Shown here one piece after another: positions 57,169 through 64,000 of a stretch of DNA of 64,000 nucleotides. Positions within the stretch are counted from its first letter, which is position 1, and the number at the start of each line of letters is the position of its first letter. Made by a program: the position numbers and the translations under genes. The notes under the pieces are model-generated. The model was given only the letters and a program-made list of their open reading frames with translations. It ran no database searches and was not told the DNA's origin. This DNA comes from Armatimonadota bacterium (GTDB lineage: Bacteria; Armatimonadota; UBA10988), in assembly GCA_016235455.1 (NCBI GenBank), contig JACRKZ010000085.1:1-64000 (forward strand), written 5' to 3'.

Positions 57169-58320
57169 TCACAGCGGCTGGTAGCGGCCCTCGTTCTGAA
57201 TGACGCTCATCGCGGCGCGCAGGCCGGACAAGCGGCTGCCGGCGTTGATGGAACCGGCCGTGGCGATGACCAGGCCACCGTCGGCGCCCGCGGTCTGGAT
57301 GTCGCGACGCACCTCGGCCGCGACCTCTTCGTCGGTGCCGCGGGCAAAGGTCCAGGGCGCGAGTTGGCCGTAGATGACCGTACGCGGCATCTTGGCGCGG
57401 ATGTCGGCGGCCAGGACCGTGGGGCCGAAGTTGGCACCCTTGAGCCCGACCTCGTTCAGCAACGGCATGAGATGGCCCATGGCGCTGTCCGAATGCTGGT
57501 AGCGCCAGTCGTTCTCGCCCGGCGCGAACGTGCCGAACACGCGTCGCAGGATGGGCTGTGCCCAGAAGGCGTACATGTCGTAGTTGAGCAGGCAGCAGTC
57601 GTCGTCGGCGAAGCTGAAGCCGCGCCGGTCGGGCGTGCCGCTGAGCTCGTAGAAAAGCCGGGTCATGTTGATGATGGCATCGCACAGCACCTGGCCAAAG
57701 CGCGCGGCCAGGTCGGGCTGGTCGACGATCAGGAAGATCAGGCTCTCCACGCCGTAGATGCTCATAGCCGCGGTGACCGGTCCACGCACATGCCCGCCGA
57801 GCTGTGGCTTCCGGCCATACTGCTCGAACAGGCGCCGGCACTCGCTGTCCCAGTTGGCCGGCAGCAGTGCCTCGCGCAGGTCCTTGGCCTCGACGCGGTC
57901 CAGCAGCGCCTCGAGTTCGGCGGGCGTGTTGGCCGCGGGCATGACCCAGCCGGTGCCACCGACATTGCGTACGGGCGCCTCGAACAGGTCGGTGATGCCG
58001 CGCACGCCGGGGAAGGCGCGGTCGGCCGGCGGCGGGTCGTCCTCGGGGAAGCAGGCCCGGCCGATCACCTCGCGTGCCTTCTCGTTGTAGCGTTGGCGCA
58101 ATTCGCGGGGCACATCGTACGCGCCGATCTCGGTGGCGGCCGTGTCGGGATAGGGCAAGCCCAACTCGTCGTAGATGCACTGTGCGGGCAGGCCGATGCC
58201 TAACGGCACCTGCGGCTTGTCGGTGGAGAAGGGCTTGCCCTGCGATGCCTTGTCATCAACCCAGAAGCGCTCCAGGTCGCAGGGGAAGAGGTACGAGCTA
58301 CGCGGGTCGGCCATCGGCAT
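57169..58320 (-). CDS. Uroporphyrinogen decarboxylase (URO-D/MtaA)-like family protein
   Basis: RGPVT, FSFADD, YQHSDS, IYGQLAP, GLVIATAG; GGAG RBS before ATG 58320. Confidence 0.75.
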   Translation of the reverse strand: MPMADPRSSYLFPCDLERFWVDDKASQGKPFSTDKPQVPLGIGLPAQCIYDELGLPYPDTAATEIGAYDVPRELRQRYNEKAREVIGRACFPEDDPPPADRAFPGVRGITDLFEAPVRNVGGTGWVMPAANTPAELEALLDRVEAKDLREALLPANWDSECRRLFEQYGRKPQLGGHVRGPVTAAMSIYGVESLIFLIVDQPDLAARFGQVLCDAIINMTRLFYELSGTPDRRGFSFADDDCCLLNYDMYAFWAQPILRRVFGTFAPGENDWRYQHSDSAMGHLMPLLNEVGLKGANFGPTVLAADIRAKMPRTVIYGQLAPWTFARGTDEEVAAEVRRDIQTAGADGGLVIATAGSINAGSRLSGLRAAMSVIQNEGRYQPL

Positions 58321-58374
58321 ACGCTCCAAGGGCCGCGTTCGCGACGCCTGTACGCAATCCTCCTTGGCCGGCCC

Positions 58375-58410
58375 AAAAGCACGACGGGCCCGCCGCGGCA
58401 GGCCCGTCGT
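58375..58410 (-). terminator. Rho-independent terminator after the prepilin-type gene
   Basis: ACGACGGGCC...GGCCCGTCGT stem followed by GCTTTT on the minus strand. Confidence 0.6.
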
Positions 58411-58432
58411 CGATGGGTCCAGTGGCGCGGCA

Positions 58433-59224
58433 CTAGTCGGTGTCGCGGCAGGTCCACAGGTTGTTGGGTGAGATGGTCCGCATGAACGGCACGAGCTTGG
58501 AGTGACCGTCAGCGAACACGCACATGGTCTGGCCCTCGGCCATGGCTTGCGCCTGCGAGGCGCCCTGCAGCCCGTTGTGCCGTCGGCAGTCGGCTTGGCC
58601 TTCCACCGAGGGCGGGTCATACGGGCCGTTGCCGCCAGCCAGGTCCCACGGCGAGGCGCCGCCCTGGTTGGCATCGGCCAGCGAGATGACGTTGGCCGGC
58701 GACACGATGCTGGACAGGGATGTGGTCTCCGCCGAGAACGGCCCGCACGACATCGCCGGCTGGCCGGCTGGCGTGTCGAATGAGTTCGTGCCGTAGCTGG
58801 ACTCCGTGTTGGCCGGCAAAGCGGCGCCCGAACAGGCATCGGTGGTGGCGCCGGCACCCACGCCGCCGCGGCGCCGCCAGAAGCGGCCGGTTGCGGCGTT
58901 ATAGCGCATCTTGATGGCGGCCGACGGGCAGTCGAACGCCTGCGAACTCTTGATGTAGGGCTGCACCAGGTCCTGCCACCCGTAGGCCGTCGGCGTATCG
59001 ACCACGCCAACAGCCGGCGGACACAACTGCTCGTCGTAGTCCTGCGCGTACTGCAGAATGGCGATGCCCAACTGCTTGCCGTTGCTGATACACGACGACT
59101 GGCGCGCCTTCTCCCTGGCCTTGGCGAAAACAGGGAATAGAATGGCCGCCAGAATGGCGATGATGGCGATGACCACCAAGAGTTCGATGAGCGTAAAACC
59201 TCTACGTCCGGTAGATCGCGGCAT
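58433..59224 (-). CDS. Prepilin-type N-terminal cleavage/methylation protein (DUF1559, H-X9-DG-like C-terminus)
   Basis: [39 protein letters not shown]; YAQDYDE; F.CPS; RH...FADGH; GGAGG RBS. Confidence 0.92.
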   Translation of the reverse strand: MPRSTGRRGFTLIELLVVIAIIAILAAILFPVFAKAREKARQSSCISNGKQLGIAILQYAQDYDEQLCPPAVGVVDTPTAYGWQDLVQPYIKSSQAFDCPSAAIKMRYNAATGRFWRRRGGVGAGATTDACSGAALPANTESSYGTNSFDTPAGQPAMSCGPFSAETTSLSSIVSPANVISLADANQGGASPWDLAGGNGPYDPPSVEGQADCRRHNGLQGASQAQAMAEGQTMCVFADGHSKLVPFMRTISPNNLWTCRDTD

Positions 59225-59274
59225 GGTTACCTCCGTGGCGTGAGTGCATCTGACCAGATGAGTATCACACCATG

Positions 59275-59303
59275 ATTCTGGAGACTCGCGCACCCGGTGT
59301 CAA
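59275..59303 (-). promoter_or_regulatory. Sigma70-like promoter for the prepilin-type gene
   Basis: TTGACA-N17-CAGAAT. Confidence 0.55.
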
Positions 59304-59411
59304 GGCGTATTCTGAGGTGAAGATGACCCCGGCAGCCCCTAAGCACACCGGTCGACGGCCGATAGAGCGAGTATGCCACGGCCGGCAGAGAGCGGCCGAA
59401 GGGGTCGGACG

Positions 59412-60284
59412 ATGTCGTTACTGGTGATCGGCGCGAATGGTCGGCTGGGCCGGCAAGTGGTTACGCATTTCGAGGCCGCGGGGCATCAGGTCTGGCGCAC
59501 CTCGCATCGCGAGCCGGCCGACTTCCACCTGGACCTGGCGGAGCCGGTCGGTCGCTGGGCCACGGCTCTGCCCTCGTGCATCACCCACGCCTGGGTTTGC
59601 AGCGGCACCGGCCAGCCGGAAGTGTGTCACCGCGAGCCGCAAAGCACGCGTCTGCTCAACGTAGACCACACGGTCGACCTGCTTGGCGGATTGCTCGACC
59701 GCGGCATCAAGCCGATCATCTGCTCCACGGCCGAAGTGTTCGCGGGCCGCCGCGGCAGTTACAGGGAAGATGACCAGACGGGCCCCGGCACGGAGTTCGG
59801 GCGGCAGAAGAAGGACCTGGAGACCTGGCTGCTGGCCCAGGGCAGACCGTGCCTGGTCGTCCGGCTGACCCAGCTCTACACGACAGACGCGCCCGACACG
59901 TCGCCGGTAGGCGCCCTGCTGGCGAGCTTGCTGGCCGGAGAGACCGTGGCGGCCGCCGACGACGAAGTGCTCTGTCCCACCTTCGTCGGCGACATCCCCG
60001 GCGCGGTGGAGCGACTCACGCGCGCCGGCGCGAACGGCGTCTACCATGTGGCCAATCCGACCACCTGGACGGCCTACGCTCTGGCGCTGCTGCTGGCCAA
60101 CCGCCTCGGACGCGCCCGGCTGGTGGAACGCACCAGCCTGCGCGAGCAACTGGGCGCGGGCCACCGCCTGCCCAACACGAGCCTGGACGTCCGCCGCGTC
60201 CTGGCCACCGGGTTCCGGTTCTCCGCGCTCGAGGAGCGCCTGCCCGCCATCCTCGAGGCCAACTGCGCGCCGGCCGCGGCCTGA
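59412..60284 (+). CDS. RmlD-like (dTDP-4-dehydrorhamnose reductase family) extended SDR
   Basis: LLVIGANGRLG, STAEVF.G, Y.EDD, EFGRQK, CPTFVGD, GVYHV, NTSLD. Confidence 0.75.
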   Translation: MSLLVIGANGRLGRQVVTHFEAAGHQVWRTSHREPADFHLDLAEPVGRWATALPSCITHAWVCSGTGQPEVCHREPQSTRLLNVDHTVDLLGGLLDRGIKPIICSTAEVFAGRRGSYREDDQTGPGTEFGRQKKDLETWLLAQGRPCLVVRLTQLYTTDAPDTSPVGALLASLLAGETVAAADDEVLCPTFVGDIPGAVERLTRAGANGVYHVANPTTWTAYALALLLANRLGRARLVERTSLREQLGAGHRLPNTSLDVRRVLATGFRFSALEERLPAILEANCAPAAA

Positions 60285-60305
60285 ACGCCGCGCCAACACG
60301 CCGCG

Positions 60306-61799
60306 TCAGCGCGGCGCGGACGTGGTGGTGGTGGTCGTTGTCGTCGCCGGCGGACCGGCGGGCGAGGTCACGTCGCTCGGTGCCGCCACCTCGATCTCGG
60401 CCACTTCGATGCCCCGGCCGAGAAGAAGCTTGTAGGTGCCGGGCGCCAGGCCGGCGCCGCGAGGCGCCTTGTCGTCCAGCGCGCCCTTGCTCGCGGGCGC
60501 CGCGCCGGTCTTGCCCGTCGTGCTCTCGAAGCGGTAGGACTGCCCTTGGGCCTCGCTCTTGAGCGTGAACTCGTAACCGCCGCCCACCTGCTTGGGCTTG
60601 TAGTTGCCGAGGCCGGTGAGCTTCACGGTGCTGCCCGCGGGCGGCGTCACGGTGAAGGTCTTGCCCTTGGCGCTCAGCACGAGCTTGATCTTGTCCGTGG
60701 GCGCCGCCGCCTTGGCCGGCGGCGTGGCGGGTGGCGATGGCATGGCTGCCGCCGTCGTGCCGACAGCCGCGGTGGGCAGCGGCGCGCCCGCGCCGACCGG
60801 CACGCCGGCCTCGGCGCCGGGCGCGGGCGCGGGCGGCGCACCGACCACCGTGCCGGGGGCCGGCGTGGCGGGCGCCACCGGCGTGAAGGTCTGCGGCGCC
60901 GCGCTGCCGGCGGCGACGGTGCCGCTACTTTGAGCCGACTTGCGCCCGAAGAAGACACCCAGCAGCAGCGCCAGCACGATCGCCACAACGGCGTACTGTA
61001 GCCACTGCCGGGGCGACAATTGGTCCAGGCGGCTCGGGTTGCCAAGCGGTGCGTAGTCGGGCTGAGGCTGATACGACATAGTCGCTTCTCCGGCGGCAGG
61101 CGGCGCGGCGGGCGCCGATGACGAGATGATGGGCAGCGGACCCACTTGCGCGATGGTAATCGATGTCGGCTCGACTTGGCCACGGTCTGCCGCGAGTCGA
61201 AGGACTCGTTCGCAGGCCACGATCAGATCGGTCTGACCGATCTGGCTGACCAGGTCGGCCGCGCTGACTACCTGACCCAGCCTGCGGCCGGTGAGGATGA
61301 TGCGGTCGCCTGGCCGAATGGTGCCGGTGCCGACACTCACCTCCGGCGTCTCGAGTTGGCCGAGCAGCGCGGTCGATTCGTTGGTCAGCGGGTGGATGTG
61401 GGCCACGCGTAAGTGGTAGGCGCCGCCGCCACCGATGTGGGCCAGCGCGAACCCGTCATCGCGGAAGCACAGGCAGGTGAGCGCACAGTACTGCCCCGCG
61501 TCGCGTAGCGCGGTGTTGATCGACAGCACGCACTGGTAGACATAGTCGGCGAGCCGCTCGCGGTCCGTCGCGGCCGGGGCGCTGGGCGCGGTCAGCATCC
61601 GTTCCAGGTGGTCGAGCACGAAGGCGGCCGTCTGCCCGGCGGCGGCCTGGCCACCGGCGTCGGCCAGGGCGACGATGCCGCGCAGGCCCAGCGGCGAGGC
61701 GTCGCCAGACGGCGCCTGCCAGATCAGCTGCCGTTCGCCGGCCGGTCCGCCGTACGCCAACTGGTGCCGGGCCACCGCGGTAATGTCGACGCGGTCCAT
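60306..61799 (-). CDS. Membrane protein with a degenerate PP2C-like N-terminal domain, one TM helix and a Pro/Ala-rich C-terminal region
   Basis: ALADAGG, AHIGGG.AY.LR, GDRIIL; TM YAVVAIVLALLLGVFF. Confidence 0.6.
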   Translation of the reverse strand: MDRVDITAVARHQLAYGGPAGERQLIWQAPSGDASPLGLRGIVALADAGGQAAAGQTAAFVLDHLERMLTAPSAPAATDRERLADYVYQCVLSINTALRDAGQYCALTCLCFRDDGFALAHIGGGGAYHLRVAHIHPLTNESTALLGQLETPEVSVGTGTIRPGDRIILTGRRLGQVVSAADLVSQIGQTDLIVACERVLRLAADRGQVEPTSITIAQVGPLPIISSSAPAAPPAAGEATMSYQPQPDYAPLGNPSRLDQLSPRQWLQYAVVAIVLALLLGVFFGRKSAQSSGTVAAGSAAPQTFTPVAPATPAPGTVVGAPPAPAPGAEAGVPVGAGAPLPTAAVGTTAAAMPSPPATPPAKAAAPTDKIKLVLSAKGKTFTVTPPAGSTVKLTGLGNYKPKQVGGGYEFTLKSEAQGQSYRFESTTGKTGAAPASKGALDDKAPRGAGLAPGTYKLLLGRGIEVAEIEVAAPSDVTSPAGPPATTTTTTTTSAPR

Positions 61800-61874
61800 G
61801 CCGGACCCTCCTCGCCGGGACAGTTCGGCGCCGGGCCGCTCTCTCCTTCAAGGCCGCCGCGGTTGGCGCGCTGC

Positions 61875-61903
61875 TTGGCGCAAATCGCCTTCTCGGGTAC
61901 CAT
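61875..61903 (+). promoter_or_regulatory. Possible sigma70-like promoter for pfp
   Basis: TTGGCG-N17-TACCAT. Confidence 0.35.
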
Positions 61904-61970
61904 ATTGGGCGACCAACACCCAGCTAGCCGGTCCGCGGACGCATCTTGCGGCTCGGCGGGAGAAGTGACG

Positions 61971-63626
61971 ATGAGTGCCAAGGTTTCCGCCCTGCAAGCC
62001 GCGCGGGCGTCGTACAGTCCGAAGCTGCCGCATGTGCTGCTGGCCGTGGACCAGACCATCGAGCTCGGCGCGCCGACCGCGCCGCCCACCCATGCCGAGG
62101 ACATCGCCAAGCGCTTCCCCGAGACCTTCGGTCAGCCCGTGGCCACCGTCCGCGCCGGCGATCTGGCCGGCAGGCAGGCGCGGCCGCTGAAGGTGGGCGT
62201 GGTCCTCTCCGGCGGCCAGGCGCCCGGTGGTCACAACGTCATCGCCGGCCTGTTCGACGCGCTCAAGGCGGTCCATCCCGACAGCCAGCTGTTCGGCTTC
62301 CTCAAGGGGCCCGGCGGCGTGATCAAGGGCAAGTACACCGAACTGACCGCCGAGTCCATCCTGCCCTTCCGCAACACCGGCGGCTTCTCGATGATCATGT
62401 CTGGTCGCGACAAGATTGAGAAGCCCGACGATCTCGAAGCCTGCCGGAAGAACTTCGAAGCGATGGGCCTCGACGGCCTGGCCGTGGTCGGCGGCGACGA
62501 CAGCAACACCAACGCTGCCGTGCTGGCCGAGTACCTCAAGGCCAAGGGCTGCAAGACGGTGGTGGTCGGCGTACCCAAGACCATCGACGGCGACATGAAG
62601 AACGAGCAGATCGAGACCTCGTTCGGCTTCGACACGGCCTGTAAAGTCTACAGTGAGCTGATCGGCAACATCGCCCGCGACGCCACCTCGGCGGTCAAGT
62701 ACTGGCACTTCATCCGCCTCATGGGCCGCGCCGCCAGCCACGTGACGCTGGAGTGCGCCCTGCAGACTCAACCCAACCTGGCGCTCATCTCCGAGCAGGT
62801 GGAGGCCGACGGCAAAACGCTCAGCGACGTGGTCGACATGATCGTCGAGGCCGTCGTGGCCCGCGCCAACGCCGGCCGGCACTACGGCATCCTGTTGCTG
62901 CCCGAGGGCATCATCGAGTTCATGCCCGACCTCAAGAAGCTCATTCGCGAACTGCAGGACATCCTCCACAGCAACGAGAAGTATGTCAACGGGCTGCCGA
63001 ACCACGGAGAACGGGTGCAGTATGTGATGGGCCAACTGCCCGCCGATAGCGCCAAGGTCTACGGCGGTCTGCCCGAGGGCGTGCAGGCGGTGCTGCTGAC
63101 CTGCGACAGCCACGGCAACATTCCGCTGTCCCAGGTGGAGACCGAGCGCCTGCTCATGGACCTGGCCGGCGACAAGATCCGCCTGTTGGAGGAGCAGCGC
63201 GGCGCCAAGTACAAGTTCGCGCCGCTCGGCCACTTCCTGGGCTACGAAGGCCGCTGCGCCGCGCCGACCAACTTCGACGCCGACTACTGCTACAGCCTGG
63301 GCTACACCGCCGCGCTGTTCGTGCGCGATGGCCTAACCGGCTACACCGTCCACGTCCGCAACCTGATGGCGCCGGCCGCCGAATGGCAGCCAGGTGGCAC
63401 GCCCGTGACCATGATGCTCAACATGGAGCAGCGCAAGGGCAAGCCGACCCCGGTCATCAAGAAGACGCTGGTCGACCTGGCCGGCAAGCCGCTGGCGCAG
63501 TACCTGGCCAACGCCGCCGAGTGGTCGATCAACGACTGCTTCGTACAGCCGGGCCCCATCCAGTACTTTGGGCCGAGCGAAGTCTGCGATCAGCCGACCG
63601 AGACGCTGCGGCTTGAGTCGACGTAG
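61971..63626 (+). CDS. pfp: Pyrophosphate-dependent phosphofructokinase (long clade)
   Basis: LSGGQAPGGHN, RNTGGF, GGDDSNTNA, PKTIDGD, MGR.ASH, GYEGRC, PGPIQY. Confidence 0.93.
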   Translation: MSAKVSALQAARASYSPKLPHVLLAVDQTIELGAPTAPPTHAEDIAKRFPETFGQPVATVRAGDLAGRQARPLKVGVVLSGGQAPGGHNVIAGLFDALKAVHPDSQLFGFLKGPGGVIKGKYTELTAESILPFRNTGGFSMIMSGRDKIEKPDDLEACRKNFEAMGLDGLAVVGGDDSNTNAAVLAEYLKAKGCKTVVVGVPKTIDGDMKNEQIETSFGFDTACKVYSELIGNIARDATSAVKYWHFIRLMGRAASHVTLECALQTQPNLALISEQVEADGKTLSDVVDMIVEAVVARANAGRHYGILLLPEGIIEFMPDLKKLIRELQDILHSNEKYVNGLPNHGERVQYVMGQLPADSAKVYGGLPEGVQAVLLTCDSHGNIPLSQVETERLLMDLAGDKIRLLEEQRGAKYKFAPLGHFLGYEGRCAAPTNFDADYCYSLGYTAALFVRDGLTGYTVHVRNLMAPAAEWQPGGTPVTMMLNMEQRKGKPTPVIKKTLVDLAGKPLAQYLANAAEWSINDCFVQPGPIQYFGPSEVCDQPTETLRLEST

Positions 63627-63641
63627 GCTCTGTACCTCTGA

Positions 63642-63672
63642 GTGGGCGCCGCTGGCCGACGGCGGCGCCCAC
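63642..63672. terminator. Hairpin after pfp (terminator or REP-like)
   Basis: GTGGGCGCCGC...GCGGCGCCCAC. Confidence 0.45.
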
Positions 63673-63732
63673 GTCGGTTCTCAGTGAAGGACTCCGGCCG
63701 CACGCACCGCATACCCAACCTCGGAGCTGACC

Positions 63733-64000
63733 ATGGCACGATGGTGGGTCTTGTTTGCGGCATCGCTGGGCGCCGCGTCGGCGGCTGAATTGCGCCTCGT
63801 TGGTGAGGCCCAGCCGGGCCGCGTCGTGGTGGTGCGGCTGCAAGCACCGCCCACCGCACCAGGCGCCCCACCACTGGCGGCGTTCCTGGCGCGCGGGACC
63901 GAATTAGTGGCGCTGCCCAGCCAGTGGGACGGCCGAATGGCCGAGGAGCCGCTGGCCTTCTGGCTGCCGGCCGATGCCACACTGGACCAGGTGCGGCTCC
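63733..64000 (+). CDS. Secreted hypothetical protein, 3'-truncated by the window edge
   Basis: GGAG RBS; MARWWVLFAASLGAASAAEL signal peptide; frame open to the end of the window. Confidence 0.55.
   Translation, partial: MARWWVLFAASLGAASAAELRLVGEAQPGRVVVVRLQAPPTAPGAPPLAAFLARGTELVALPSQWDGRMAEEPLAFWLPADATLDQVRL

Noticed and set aside
58321-59010. N-terminal extension of the URO-D-like ORF to 613 aa
   Set aside because: Runs through a terminator and the prepilin-type gene; RBS supports a start at 58320
60321-60345. GTG/GTC short tandem repeat
   Set aside because: Encodes a poly-Thr low-complexity tail of the 60306-61799 protein
1-64000. tRNA, rRNA, known riboswitches, prophage or integrase genes
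   Set aside because: None recognised by eye; a tRNAscan/Infernal run would be needed to exclude them formally

Overview
High-GC bacterial window, densely coding, with about 44 genes and no rRNA, tRNA or CRISPR array. A DUF1559 prepilin-type gene, an HzsA-like protein, and many secreted glycoside hydrolases and a sulfatase suggest an Armatimonadota/PVC-type polysaccharide degrader (inference). Most content is carbohydrate catabolism (GH4, 5, 16, 29-like, 39-like, 43, 97, 99-like, 130, 141-like, GHMP kinase, PPi-PFK), plus an AddAB-like helicase-nuclease pair, a heterodimeric ABC exporter and redox proteins. Main points: (1) an operon whose architecture mirrors hydrazine synthase (beta-propeller/cytochrome c 'beta-gamma' fusion plus a di-haem HzsA-like protein with a carbohydrate-binding module), coupled to a DUF1080 gene, with the beta-gamma gene broken by a deletion/frameshift; (2) a palindromic repeat inserted in frame inside an ABC transporter gene, with a free intergenic copy 17 kb away; (3) an apparently inactivated RAYT transposase whose flanking GTAG REP supplies the stop codons of two convergent genes, plus other hairpin-repeat families; (4) several apparent pseudo-enzymes and candidate operators. 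All family calls come from motif recognition by eye, not database searches.
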